Assembly (NCBI GenBank): GCA_951804945.1
Contig: OX638156.1
Coordinates: forward strand, 5,518,001 to 5,582,000
Direction: 5' to 3'
DNA: 64,000 nt
Origin: Podarcis cretensis
Lineage: Eukaryota
Shown in pieces: positions 23,817 through 36,940 of the stretch (its first letter is position 1; each line of letters starts with the position of its first letter). The position numbers and the translations under genes are program-made. The notes under the pieces are model-generated. The model worked only from the letters and a program-made list of their open reading frames with translations, was not told the origin of the DNA and did not search any database.

Positions 23817-25823
23817 CTGCTGCAGGAACATCTGCATAGAATCCTGGGAGATGATGGTTCCAGCAGCTGCCTGGCCCAAGATAATCTTTTCAGGACTAGA
23901 TGCCACCAAGCTGGGACTGGGCTGCGAAGTCACGGGTAGCTGTGCTGGCTGCTGAGGCGGCGGAGTTTGCTGCTGTACATTCAGCTGAAGCTGGGAAGGA
24001 GCCGAGGACTGGGAAGTGGACTGGACGGTTAATATGTTGGCTTGGTCGCTGCTTGGCAGCAGGTTGGTGCTGGAGGTCGGCTGTGGCTGAATGAGACCTG
24101 GGCTCTGGCTGCTGGCACTAGGGGGTGCTTGGATGGTCACAGTTTGGTTGAGGTTCTCGGTGGCATTCAACATAGCCACTTGGTTAGGCAGGGTGACTCC
24201 TTGGATAACAGTCTGACCTGTCTGATTAATGGCACCGCTGGCCAGGGAGGCTGTGATGGTGGGCTGACTCTGAGTTGTCAGGCTACCGGCTAGAGAGACA
24301 GGCATCTGGAAGAGTGTCGGCTGGCCAACCTGTCCAGGTTGCAACTGGATAGGAGCAGAGAGAATGTGGGCAGTGCCGTGTGCATTCTGCGACGTCAGTA
24401 CCTGCCCCAGGTTTAATTGGCTTGCCAGGTTTTGATTGGTGAGGATTTGGGCAGGCAGCGCTTGATTCGTTATTAGCTGCCCGCCAGGCCCTTGGCTGGT
24501 GATGATGTGAGTCTGCCCACTAGGATGCGAGGTGGTTAAGATCTGGCCACCCATATTAGCCTGCAAGGCTGACAGCTGTTGGGGAATCTGGACTGCCGAA
24601 GTGCCGGTCAGCTGTCCTGGGAGAAGGAACTGGTTTTGACCCTGTAGCATTGCCTGGGGGACATGCTGCGCTGGGATAACAATACTGCTGCCTTGATTCA
24701 GCAAGTGGACACTCATGGGTTTGCTAAGGGCCTGCTGCTGTGGTGGGGGCTGCTTGAACATGTTGGCAGGCAGACCCGGGGGGAATCCAGAGAGCACCAC
24801 GTTTTGCCCAGCCTTGCCTGCCATAAATGTTAGGTTCTGCTGGGCCTTCTGTTGTTGGAGGGCGGCCTCATTCTGGATGGTAAGGGTAGCATTGTTGGGG
24901 CAAAATGTTTTAGGGGTGATCTGATACAGCTTCTGCTGGAGGACTCCTGGGGGTTTGGGTTGAATTGGTGTGGGTGTCCGGTGAATGATCACGTTTTGGG
25001 CCTGTACCAGCGGGCTGCTCAAGTTTGACGTGACTGTCAGAGGCTGGGAGCCCTGTGTAGCAGATACACTCCCAAACATGGAGCTTCCATTCAGTGTTGT
25101 TGTGGCTACTGCTGGGAGGTTCTTCTGGATGACAAGGCCTGCATTCTGGGGAGACACCCCAGCCGAAGTAAGGGTGACCTGTTGCTGTTCTGCTGCTGTC
25201 TGAGTGATGTAACTTCCAACTGGCATGGTGGCCACTTGGGAAGACTGAACTTGCTTAGCGATGATCTGCTGAGCAGATTGGTTAATCGCCATCACTTGCT
25301 GGCCAACCACTTGAATCTGCCCAATGCCCAGCGCTCCACTGGGACTCCCATTTGGCAACCCTTGAAGGTTGGAAATGGGCTGTATGGTGACGTTTCCCAA
25401 GCCAACTTGCTGGAGGAAAGGTTGCACGCTGATGGCCTTGTTGACAACATCGGCTCCAACTGACTGCTGCACCAATGCTTGATGAGTTAAGACTGCAGGT
25501 TGCTGCAGTCCAATAAGGTCAGCTCCACCAGAGAAAATCTGTGGTGTGACATCAGAGGCGGTGTGGACAACTGGCTGAAGCGTAGGGAGCTGAAAAGACC
25601 CCAGATCCAGTTCTGCCTCTGCCTCCAGAGTCTGCTCAGTGATGTTTGCCTCCTGCAGGCTCTGCTGGAGAATGTCACAGGGCTGGTCTGAGTTCTGTAG
25701 GTTGGCCCCGCCCCCTGAAGGTGACCCCAGGATGTCATCTTCCAGGAAGTCTAAGTCAACACTTGTTGTGGGCTGGCTCTGTTCAGTGCTCAGATGATTG
25801 CCAGAGGTTTCTTGTACGTGCAG
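23817..25823 (-). CDS. BICRA: BICRA coding exon 4, large Q/P/S-rich exon (LHVQETSGNHL...QDSMQMFLQQ)
   Basis: tttttag|CTG CAC GTA; in frame with ORF 23739..25475; 2007 nt; ends at CAG|gcaagt (GC donor). Confidence 0.93.
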
Positions 25824-27329
25824 CTAAAAAAAGAGTAAAGATTAAGCACACAGAGAAAAAAGTAAGCTTTCAGTGATAGAAATAAAACAGAATTTTTATA
25901 TTTTTCTGTGCTCAACAGTTTATGCCTTTTTTCTAGGTGCTATGGAACAGCACCTTCTTGGTTTTAATTTTTTTGGGCCAAATTAGACACGGTTTAACTC
26001 CTTCCTCCATGCTACTTCTCAAATTTAAACTGCCCTCCCAATTGCTGTTAGCCACAGAAGTGAAAAAGCACACACATGCAAGTACCTTTCCCTCCACAAA
26101 GCTAGACCACTTTGATGAAGGCGATTTAAGGTGGAAAACAGTGCAGGAGTAGATTTTTTTAAAAAACCCTCCTCAGTGACACTAATCCAAATTAGCCTTC
26201 CTTGCCAAAGGGCTTTTAAGCAAAAAGGTGTGTTTTGGGGTGTGTGTGTGGAGTTAGGAGATGCAACCATAGATTTCCTTAGATCAGCCCTTAATATACA
26301 TTATTACAGTGCACACATACCCTATTGACTGCTGCTTATGCTGGACAAAGGGTGGTAAGCATTTTCTGTCTTATATCAGACCTTGCAACAAAACATCTGG
26401 TATAAGACAAAAGCACTTCAGTATCCAGGTTCCCAAGGCACACAAATGGAAGTTCTTGACCTCATTCTGAAAGAAATCTTTCCCAAGCTTTTGCAACCCT
26501 CCAACCTTTACTAAGCTGATCACCGTGATCAGGCCCTCCCCACGGAGCAGAACAAAGCATCAGGACAGAAGAGGACAGCAAGAGAACAGCAAATGTGAAA
26601 CCCAGAGACAACCAACATTCCAAGCAAATGGTTCAAAATAAATGTGGGCTGATCACACAAATCCTAGCACTGCGCTGCTACCATCCATTGTGCCCAGTGC
26701 CAATAACTGTGTGGGTGAAATCAAATCACTCTTGAAGCTACATATGGAATACCACACAGGGCTATGAAGAGTCTCTAGGACAATTTTCCTTACACTGATC
26801 CCTCTTTCTTTGACACCTCAGCCTCTGCATTTTCTGTAGAAACTGGCTAAAGTAAAATATATATTTCAATTATTTTGACTGTTCCATTATAACACACGTA
26901 CAAATGCCAGGCTCAGAATCAAATGTAGAACATGCAGATTTTTTTCTGATGACATGAGAGAAATGAGGTTTCCACTCCTATCAGTTTTGCTCATACTCTG
27001 CCTCCTTGTACAAACACCTATATACACTTCTGTTTAACAATAAAGGGAACGCAACCAGGATGGCACATTGCTTATTGCCTTTCTGTGGCATTTAAACAAT
27101 TTTATCAGGTGTCTAAGACATTAACAGAGCCTGTTCGCCTTCCTATGTTCAGTTTGCCTTTTTTTTTTGCTATTGTGTGTGCTCACCATGGTGGAAATGT
27201 AACATTACAACTTGTATAGCTTCATCATGCATTGAGCATTATGAAAATGATAAATGTGTAAAAGAAAGGACGTGATGTTTCTAAAAGTGATATAAACTGT
27301 GCTGTAAAAATGAGGTGAAAAATACATAC

Positions 27330-27395
27330 CCCAGCACCCTCAAAGAAGGCACTGGCTGCATCTCCTGTGTTGTCCAAGAGATCATCACTGTCAAT
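27330..27395 (-). CDS. BICRA: BICRA coding exon 3 (IDSDDLLDNTGDAASAFFEGAG)
   Basis: tacag|ATT GAC...GCT GGG|gtatgt; 66 nt. Confidence 0.95.
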
Positions 27396-27880
27396 CTGTA
27401 ATTTAAAAGATTTAAATTACTGTATGTGAATGTAAATTTAAGCTTGACAGTGTTCAAGGAGTCAGACTGACACGAAATGGAAAAACAAAGGGGCACCACT
27501 TCATTCACAGGCCAAGGCACCAGGTAACTTCCTTTCAGTGGCTTGGTTTCTTCCTAGGAACTGTAAACAAGTTCTCAGTTGTGCTGGTGGAATGGTTTTG
27601 CTTTGAACTAGAAATTAAGTAAATTGTCATAGGTAACTACTAAGTCTTTTTCTAACTGCATTTATTCTTCATTCCTCAAAGGTCTCAGAGAAAACAGCTG
27701 GCAGAACTGTGCCCTCTGCATTTCATTTCTAGGATTGGCACCACCTCTGTTCTCTGTGTCACTTCTTTCATTGTAGACATACAAGCCAAAGGTAACTTAA
27801 GTTGGAGGCTTTTTTATTTGTTAATTAGTCATGCATCAACATAAGCATTTAAAGAAACATACAGAAGAGCAAGTCCTCAC

Positions 27881-27923
27881 CTTTTCAGATCCATGTAAAA
27901 AATCGTTCAATGCCTGAGGATCA
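27881..27923 (-). CDS. BICRA: BICRA coding exon 2 (C-DPQALNDFLHGSEK)
   Basis: cccag|T GAT CCT CAG...GAA AAG|gtgagg; 43 nt. Confidence 0.95.
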
Positions 27924-28347
27924 CTGGGGGGGGGAGAAATGACATAGGAAATTTACTTACAAGTAAACATCTAAAGAACTATGCTGTTATTTATGTACCA
28001 AAACAGACAAATGAGCCTATACCTATCCTTATCAATATGTTGGTGGGGGTGGGGGTGGGGGGGATTCCAATGGTTTCTTGGTTTTGGTTCCACCACTTCT
28101 GTCCTCAAACACATTTGTATTCCCTTTCTATTCAGGATCTTAATTACCAAGCCACATCCAAAATCTATTTACATGGTGCTTATAGAACAGAATTTAATGG
28201 TTATCATATGTCAGTGCTAAGTATTATTGGCCCAAGGCTATCTGAAACTTGCAAGACCCAGTGGAAGGCCCACTGAAATTCTTACTTTTTAAGTAATTCT
28301 TCTTCTTACATTACTGAACTGGTAGCCTTTTTTTTCTGGTCTCAAGC

Positions 28348-28437
28348 CATAGCTGTCAACTTTTCCCTTTTTTAATGGGAAATTCTCTTATTCCAAATAG
28401 GATTCCTCGCAAGAAAAGGGAAAAGTTGACAGCTATG
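28348..28437. mobile_element. 90-bp hAT MITE
   Basis: 24-bp perfect TIR catagctgtcaacttttccctttt; 8-bp TSD tctcaagc (28340-28347 and 28438-28445). Confidence 0.9.
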
Positions 28438-29208
28438 TCTCAAGCAGATCTTAAAAAAAAATCTTGGCTCCCCCATGAATCTTGGGTTTTCTTATTATGT
28501 TATTTATAAACTTACGTTGGTCTGTGGCTGTAAGAAACCTATCTACTGTCCAATACTGGGTTGAGGAACTGGATCTGATTGGTGGGCAAGATCCAGAAAA
28601 CTGGCCCACCCTCCATGCACAGGTCTGCCCACCTTCCAATATGACAACAGGTGAGAACTTTAAGGGAAAAAATGCAGGATCATGCTCAATAATTGTACTT
28701 TAAACCTTTCCTTTCTAGCATCAGCTTGAATTCAAGCCACAGCTACTAAGATTTCTGCCTGCTTTCAGTAGGGAGTGGCTACCCTTCCATAAGTTGGTGC
28801 GGCTGGGGGGAAATGGCCTCATCAGCCTAATTTGGCTCATTGGGTGGAAGCTCCCCATCCGTGGTCTAAAACATCATTTATTCTATAACAGCAACTTTCT
28901 CTTTCTGGAGAAGCCTCATGTAGCTCTGACTGCCAGATTTAATGAGATAGCTTCTGGTTCTAGCTGCGCATCCTCTATAAAGATCAAGAACAGGCCAAGC
29001 GGCATGTGTTCCACCAAAGACAGGCAGCAACAGTTGTCAAGGCAGCAGTCATGTAGAGGGGCTCCAAGATTTTGAACCAAGCGTGGTTGAAAGGTACAGC
29101 GCTTGCTAAGCTAGAGAACAAAAATATCTGCAATGGAATGCTCCGTTTCCGAAACCCTTTTGCCACAAGAGAGAACACGCTTTTCATGGGCGAAGGGAAA
29201 ATACTTAC

Positions 29209-29249
29209 CAAATTACATCTAGCAAGCACCGGCCATCTTCATCATCCAT
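29209..29249 (-). CDS. BICRA: BICRA coding exon 1 (MDDEDGRCLLDVI-C); exon begins at 29254 with 5 nt of UTR
   Basis: tttcag|TTGAC ATG GAT GAT GAA GAT GGC CGG...ATT TG|gtaagt. Confidence 0.95.
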
Positions 29250-30940
29250 GTCAACTGAAAGGAAAGGTTAGAGAATGTGTTACGATCGTGTAACGACATG
29301 TGACATGCTAGTGTAGTGCTCCTTTTGACACCAAGCCCCCAGTTCTGCAACTCTGCAAACACTTCCTTCCCAGTCCATGTAATGCTGGCTCCAAGATTTT
29401 GGAAGCGCTTGGGCACTTGGCCTTAACCTTGAACTGCAGACTGAGAATGTTCACCACTCTCTGGAGCTGAAACTACATCCAAGCATTAACTGTATCCCCA
29501 TATTTTGTTAAGTGCATTAGCACCCAACATCTCTATGGAAAGTCTAGTCCCAAGCCTATTGCTGGTCTTTGCTACAGAACCAATGCAATGTTTTTTGGAT
29601 ACCAATGTTAGCATGTTGGGATATTAGCATACCAAGCAAAGAAAACAATCTACCACACTCCATTAACACCCCCGACACATATTAAGAAGTCATAGATATA
29701 TTCTTCTCTTCAATTTACTTGAGTTATGGAATAAAATAGGAAGAATTAAGTCTATCAGGTAATTCTGCTGGTCAAGGTTTGATCTCCCAGCTGAACTTCT
29801 CTCAAGGCACTCTTGTTTTAGCACAACTGACAAGCATGGTTTTTGAACAGAGCTTTTTTAAAAAACCACCCTTGTTTCTCACAATCCTCCTTTGTAAATG
29901 TAGACAACAGCAAATATTCTCTAAATGCTCAAATATTTGTGAACAGTGTTTGAAACTCCCATTGTTCTAGGGACATTTTGCGACAGGGAATTTCATTAGA
30001 GCAAGCAGTTTCTGAGCTCTGGATGCAGTACTGCGCCTAAGATTTCAGATTAAAACTGCAGAATGGAAGGAAAGGAGGACCTTTTTCTGCCTCCCCACTT
30101 TCATCTAATCTCTGAAGACTGGAGAAGAGACCCTCTTAAGAATATTAGGGGGTGAGCAAGGGAAGGACTAGACCATATGAAAAATGAACATAATATTTTA
30201 GCTGCAGTTCCTTCATTTTCAGCTTTGTATTCTTGTTATTAAAAAGCACACCTAGACATTCCGTTGCTAGGCCCATAACCTAGGTTTAAGGTGCCATTTA
30301 GCTCCTAGCTTTCATATCTCAGTTTCTAACACTGTTTGTGGAGTGTTTAAAAATAGATATTTGATGAGGGATAACATTTTATTTCAATATTTGAAAGTGG
30401 TTTTCTAGTATTTAGTATCTGGTGACATTTGATAGGTAACTTGCAATGATACTAAGTGTTTAACAGTTAATGTTTGCCCACTGAAGATAATTTATATTTA
30501 TTTACTACCAAAGAGATACCCAATTTTGCATTAAAATGTGAATTCAACTCTCACACTGAAAATCTGACTAGAAAATAATCTGCAGGTTTACAGCTTTGGT
30601 TGTCAAGAGGCTAAGGGCTCAAGAGACATTTTGTGCAAAATTCATTTGGATATTTCCTGGATTTGCAGAAGGAAACTGAAGAAGTGCAACTATATCCCAG
30701 AAGAGGCTTGGTGATCTTTTCTTCAAATGATTCCTTTGGATTCTTTCCTGGAGGTGGGGGGGGGGTATTTCTGCTGCAGGTATCAAGAATTTGAGAAGCC
30801 TGAATCATTTGCTGTTGCCAGCTTTGCCCATCCAAGTTAAACAGGACTGGGGACAGGGGAAAAGAAACCCCTTGCTTATAAGCTCAACACTCTTCATGTA
30901 AGCAGAAAGACAACTTCTGCATTTAAAAAGAGTAAAAGAA

Positions 30941-30975
<35 letters not shown>

Positions 30976-30990
30976 GGAGAGAGAGTGTGA
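30941..30990. repeat. (TG)n(GA)n compound microsatellite
   Basis: Direct reading. Confidence 0.9.
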
Positions 30991-32441
30991 GAGGTCACAG
31001 ATCGAGTGGGTTTTCCTGTTTAGTGAGCATCCTTTCTGTCAATTCTAGAAAGGACCTCCCGGGTTTCCTTGGGAATTCCCAACCAGTCAGAGCTCTGCAG
31101 AGAATCAATGCAACTATGCAACAGGCCCATTCAAGTCTGATCACTGGATCCAATATCCTTTTAGCACTGAGTGAGCTGACTAACAGAGTACAAGAGCGGC
31201 CGATATCCAAGCACATAGCATAGCAAACATGCTCTCCAGCATGCATGGTGACCACATGGTAGTTCCCCAATGGAGACGGCTGTAAACACATAACAGAATT
31301 GCTGGGACGTCTCTGAATTTGAACAACACTGGCTGGTTGCAGGCCAGGAAAGCAACAGAAAACAAATCCCTGTGTTTCAGCAGAGCTGAAAGACAGATTT
31401 TCGTTCGGTGAAAGTGCAAGAGGGGGAAAAACCTAGAGCATTCAGTTAAACACACTTCTATTGAATGTGCTTAATTACTCCCCATAAATTACTGTCTGAC
31501 CATATACAGGAGGCACTGCTCAACTCTCTCAGTGATTCCTCAGGTTCTGAGACCTCAGGTTTCCTAGCAGCAAACTGTTGTGAGTGCAACAACTTGCTAG
31601 CTTGAGCTACTCAAGACTGTACAACCAAAGCCAGGATTTACCATATAGGATGTTTTGCAAGTGACAAACAAAGGCAGGTAGGAGTGGGATGCTCCCATGG
31701 GAATGGACCCAAATTCAAAAAGTAAAGCGAATCGCCTTTCCCACTGTCTACATTTGGACACAGAGATATAAACAGATGACCATCAATGCTATGTGCATGT
31801 TCTAAATGAAAAATTCACATTTTATTGACAGCTCTGTGCCTTGGAGTGTTTAAGTCAAAATCTTACCAGCAGAACCTGTTTAGTAATCTAATCAAGAGTT
31901 GGTTCACACTTCATTTGGCAGCGATGTCTACTGGAACACAGTTAACAGTGTGCAGGCAAGACATTCTGGGCTTGCAGGACATGTGCCATGGGGCATCATG
32001 GGCAGTTGAGGTTTTCTGGGATGTTGGAATGAGGTCAGAAATATTTTTCAGCTCAAGGGCCACATTCCCCTCTGGGTAACCTTCTGGGAGCCACATGCCA
32101 GTGGTGGCTGTGGCTAGAGGCAAAAGTGGATGCAGTAATTAGTGTAAATTTTACCATAGACTAGTTTCTACACACACACCTCTCTATCCAAAAAATCAAA
32201 AGTCATTATCAGAGCCTTAAGGACACATTCCAGCCAGACAAAAACACTGACGGGGTGCATGGCTGGGGAGGGGTGTGGCCCTTGGGCAGGATCATGCAGG
32301 GAGGGAAGCAGATGGGTACACTTGCTATGGGCCTTGGAGGGCTAAGTTAGCCAAGGGCTAAGTTAGCCTGCCTCATAGCATAGATTTTTGCTTTATTTTA
32401 TAAGCACACAAACAGCAAATATGTTCCATTCCTATAAACTA

Positions 32442-32807
32442 CCGTATTTTTCGCTCTATAGGACACACCTTATTTTAGAGTCTTGCTCTCCCGGCTTCAG
32501 CAAAAGGAATCTGAAGCCTCCGGAACACAGCGGGAACTCGAGCTGCGCTCCAAAGGCTTCAGGCGGCTATCCCTGAAGCCTGGAGAGCGAGAGGGGTCGG
32601 TGCGCACCGACCCCTCTTACTCTCCAGGCTTCAGCGAAAGCAATGCAAAGCCTCTGGAGCATGGAGGGAGCAGTCCCTCTGCGCTTCGGAGGCTTCGCGT
32701 TGCTATCGCTGAAGCCAAGGAGCCTGCATTCGCTCCATAGCACGCAAACACATTTCCCCTTAAATTTTGGAGGGGGAAAAGTGCGTCCTATAGAGCGAAA
32801 AATGTGG
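32442..32807. mobile_element. Tc2/mariner-like MITE
   Basis: TA flanks; TIR CCGTATTTTTCGCTCTATAGGAC / GTCCTATAGAGCGAAAAATGTGG; internal inverted ggcttcag/ctgaagcc repeats. Confidence 0.85.
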
Positions 32808-33381
32808 TATATACAACCCTTTGTTACAAAGATCATTTTGACAAAGCGTTTGAAAATCCCAGGTATTATTATTGAGAAATACGACATGGAGCTAGCTGTA
32901 TCTTCCCTCCCTGCAATCTCTAGTGAATGAGTAACATTATCAGAAGGCCACAGGTATTTCACAGTTGGAAGGTGGAGAGAAAAATTCCTCTAAATTCTGT
33001 AGCTTGGATTTTCAGAGCTTTGCAAGGTCAAAGAATCCAGGCCATCCCTGGAGGAATATTAACTTTCTTGTTTCCTGAAAAAGACTTATTTGCAAAAAAA
33101 AACAAAACAAAAAAAAAACCCCACCTATAAAAATGGCAGCTTGATAGGTTGCATTTATTCAAAAGGCATGGAGAGAGATGTCCACTTAGTAAATCAACAG
33201 ATCACAGCTCCTTCTCCTGGCTGCTGCAGAAAGAAACTTTAAAAACGGTTTCACTCAGGATTCCACATATTTGCTTGCCATGGAGAAAGTGTCTCTCCAC
33301 CCGTGGTGAGCATGGAAAGCCCTGCCCTTCTAAGCTAGGAGTTAGTGAGGAGAGCACAAGATTGTCACTGCAGCAGGAGTA

Positions 33382-33710
33382 CAGTGGTGCCTCGCAAGAC
33401 GAAATTAATCCCTTCCGTGAGGCTCTTCGTATAGCGGTTTTTTCGTCTTGCGAAGCAAGCCCATTGACAGCTTAGCGGATTAGCGCTATTAGCGGTTTAG
33501 CGGCTTTTAGCGGATCAGCTGATAAGCGGCTTAGGGCTTAGGAAAAGGGCGGGGGGAGGGAAAAAACCCCGCAGGAACTCGCAAGACATTTTCGTCTTGC
33601 GAAGCAAGCCCATAGGGAAATTCGTTTTGCGAAGCGCCTCCAAAACGGAAAACCCTTTCGTCTAGCGGGTTTTCCGTCTTGCGAGGCGTTCGTCTTGCGG
33701 GGCACCACTG
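33382..33710 (-). mobile_element. Tc1/mariner (pogo/Tigger-like) MITE, copy 3
   Basis: TA TSD, same TIRs. Confidence 0.9.
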
Positions 33711-35682
33711 TACCTGTGAAGTGCAGCCTAACAGGGACAAACTCCCTCTTTCCCGATGAGCTCAGAGAGAATCCTTCATGACCTGTGCTGAACAGCAAAG
33801 CTCAGTGCAACATCAGAGTAAAGATCCAATGCCTCCTCAAGCTGGGAAAATGACAGGGTTAGGGTGACCACGCATTCTGGCTGGCTATTCAAATAGCCCA
33901 GATTTGTGGATTCTCTGTTTCACTAACTGGAAGTCTGCAAAAAGCTCTTTCAAATCCTAAAGAACTCGGATAGCACTAGCATATCACATACACCACATGC
34001 CTTCTTGCAACAGACAAGAACTTTTACTAGCTTTTCCCCAGTGGTAAAAGTTATAAAAAACAGAATAAAAGTGCACCACCATTGTTGTTTTGTGTAAAAA
34101 TCCATGCAGCAGACAGCCACACTGCATACTGGTCCCTACAATGCACAGGAAAGCTTTCCAGTTATCCTTCCAGGCTGCACCAAACAGATCCACATACTGT
34201 CCTCTCTTTACCCCTCTTCTCCAAGTAACATATTGCAATAGCACCTTTGCTCCTGCTGCCACAACTAATTTGCCGCAGGCTTCCTACACTGCCAGCCTGT
34301 TGAGTTCCATCTCTGTCCAGCATAGCCTTTTGGAAGGTGCTCTCTCTCACCTCCGAAATGCTGCTGCTTCTGGCCACTACCACTCACAGCGGGCAAGCGG
34401 TCAAAATACAACAAGGTGACTGGAGGAGCTGCTATGTAAAAGGGAGAGATATTTTGCTGAGGAATCCATGACCACATGGTCCACTGAAGCCAAGCTCCCT
34501 TCTCCCATCTTGCGGGGAATCCCACCTAAGCAGAGATTTCATGTTAATGGAGCAGTGAAACTAAGTCAGTGCTATTGTTGGCTTGAGCTGCACCATTCCG
34601 ATAACATAAAAGAATTGAAAGGCTCAAAAGTCATTAATCTAGTATTATCATCTTGTGAAATGTTCTCATAGAACACCATGAACACTTTCCTGGTTAACTG
34701 TCAGGCCTCAGCTCAAACTCCCACAAACCACTTTAATAGAAATCTGAACCAAGGAACAAATCGAAAGGTCACATAATCTGAAAAGGATGGTAGCAAGCTA
34801 TATACATAAAAGAGAAAACACATTATGCAAATTGGGGTGGCTAGCTTGTGGTTCCACCAGATTGTTGGACTCCAACTCCCATCAGCCCAAGCCAGCATGG
34901 CCAATAAATAAGGGATTATGGGAGTTGGTCCAACAACATCTGGGAGAAGGGCATAGATTAGTCACTACTGCTAGAAATAGAACAAGCTCTATGACCAGCT
35001 TATAGAACAGAAGAAATCTCAATGGATAGCCTTGGGCAAATCACTCTCTCTCAGTTCAGCCAACCTCATGGGGACGTTGCAAAGATAAAAAGTAAGAAAA
35101 TTTCATATATGCTGCCCTGAGCTCCTTGGAGAAAGGATGAGATACAAATGAAACAAACAAGATTGTTCACATGGGGGAGTGGAAGGGAATAGATCGCTGG
35201 GAAATGTTATTTTGAAGTTTAAATGCAATGAAGGTGGAAGCATTTCAGCCCCTACCTTAAAGCAACAGTAGCAACATAGAAAGAGCTCTGCTGGATCAGA
35301 CCAAAAACCTACGTTTCCCATTTCCCACAGTGAACAGCCAAATGTCTCCAAGACGTGAAAGCAATAGTCCTCTCCTGTTGTTGCTTCCCAGAAACTGATA
35401 TTCAGAGGCAGGGCACACGTAATTTTGGAGAGAGCATGTCACAGAGAGAGATCCATGCTTATTTGTCTCTCATACTAAAAGTTCTAGTTTAACTGCACAA
35501 GCACACACTGTTTAGAAGGTGTCTTGCTCTGCTCTAACACTGCCTGGAAAACAGATCCATAGGAAAATATGTTTATATAAATATCCTCAGGCATGACCTG
35601 CAATTTAGCTGCAGCGTTTCTCCTCATGGCAATGGGGTGTCTTCTTAGCTGGTCCCCCAGCCCCAGTAAAGTGTACCCATAT

Positions 35683-36245
35683 AATCATAGAATTGTAGAC
35701 TTCGAAGGGACCCCAAGGGCCATCTAGACCAGTGTTTTTCAACCTTTTTTGGGCAAAGGCACACTTGTTTCATGAAAAAAATCACGTGGCACACCACCAT
35801 TAGAAAATGTTAAAAAAATTAACTCTGTGCCTATATTGACTATATATAAAGTAATTCTCTTGAATAGGAATCAAATAAACACAAAGAAAGTATTTTATAA
35901 TTACTTTATTATGAAATGGTAAGTAAACAGAAATATGAAAAATTATAAAAAATACTTTATTTTTAAATCTTTCGAATTTTTCAATTTTTCCCACGGCACA
36001 CCAGGCAACATCTCTCGGCACACTAGTGTGCCGCGGAACAGTGGTTGAAAAACACTGATCTAGACCAATGCAGGAATCGTAGCTACAGCATCCATGACAG
36101 CTGGCCATCCAGCCTCTAAGCAGAGGCTCTAAAGACCTCTAAGGAATGAGAGTCCACAACCTCCCAAGGGAGACCATTCCACTGACAAACTGCTTTTGCT
36201 GTCAGAAAGTTTTTCTGTATGCTTAGTCAGAATTCCCTTTCTTAT
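35683..36245 (-). mobile_element. CR1 3' end (reverse), interrupted by a hAT MITE
   Basis: atcatagaattgtaga..gaagggacccc..ccatcta|...|caatgcaggaatc...gccatccagcctct is the reverse of the CR1 3' terminus seen at 63448. Confidence 0.7.
35730..36057. mobile_element. hAT (Charlie-type) MITE
   Basis: TIR CAGTGTTTTTCAACC / GGTTGAAAAACACTG; perfect 8-bp TSD atctagac. Confidence 0.9.
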
Positions 36246-36585
36246 GACTTTTGGTGCTTGCGCCCTCTTGCTGCTTGTGCGCTGATGCTGTTCAGAAGCA
36301 GCATGGTACTTACAGATGTGGTATCAGGGCTGCCCCAGGATGTTTTGCTGCTTGAGGCAAAAACCCCTGCCTCCCCCCCTTCCTCCATGCCCTCGCCCCA
36401 GCACCATAGGAGAGGAAAAGGGAGGCCAGAGAAGAGCAGGCATCAGGGGTTGGGCAGGAAAGCATGGGTGCAATCAGCGAGAAGGCAGCAGGCGGTGGCG
36501 GTAGGTGGAGGCTGAGCAGCACATGCCCCAAGGCCCCTCAAAGATGGTGCTAGTGCTGGATAGTATCTAGGCACTGTGACATGTA

Positions 36586-36940
36586 AGGTAAAGGTAAAGG
36601 GACCCCTGACCATTAGGTCCACTCGTGGCCGACTCTGGGGTTGCGGCGCTCATCCCACTTTATTGGCCGAGGGAGCCGGCGTACAGCTTCCGGGTCATGT
36701 GGCCAGCATGACTAAGCCGCTTCTGGCGAACCAGAGCAGCGCATGGAAACGCCATTTACCTTCCCGTCAGAGTGGTACCTATTTATCTACTTGCACTTTG
36801 ACATGCTTTCGAACCGCTAGGTTGGCGGCAGCAGGGACCGAGCAACGGGAGCTCACCCCGTTGCGGGGATTCGAACCGCCAACCTTCTGATCGGCAAGTC
36901 CTAGGCTCTGTGGTTTAACCCACAGCACCACCCGCGTCCC
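36586..36940 (-). mobile_element. Sauria SINE, full length, 13-bp TSD
   Basis: TSD actgtgacatgta at 36573-36585 and 36941-36953. Confidence 0.95.

Larger units (their letters stand above)
6822..29249 (-). other. BICRA: BICRA/GLTSCR1 gene, coding span (14 coding exons, about 1803 aa)
   Basis: Spliced translation starts MDDEDGRCLLDVICDPQALNDFLHGSEK (BICRA-type, not the BICRAL MDDDDDSCLLDLIG type), contains the GLTSCR1 domain (FLEQLHKHQGAVLHPDYKTSFRSFEDALQRLLPYHVYQG...EEFEMVSTQLLKRTQAMLNKYRLLLLEESRRLSPSAEMVMIDRMFIQEEK) and ends HNGGLGARTLNR*. Exon lengths 41+43+66+2007+336+708+325+128+126+65+149+95+103+1220=5412 with matching phases. Confidence 0.97.

Noticed and set aside
6822-29249. Assignment to the paralog BICRAL (GLTSCR1L)
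   Set aside because: The N-terminus and the C-terminal PPIKTYEARSRIGLKLKIKQEAG and GLGARTL motifs are BICRA-type
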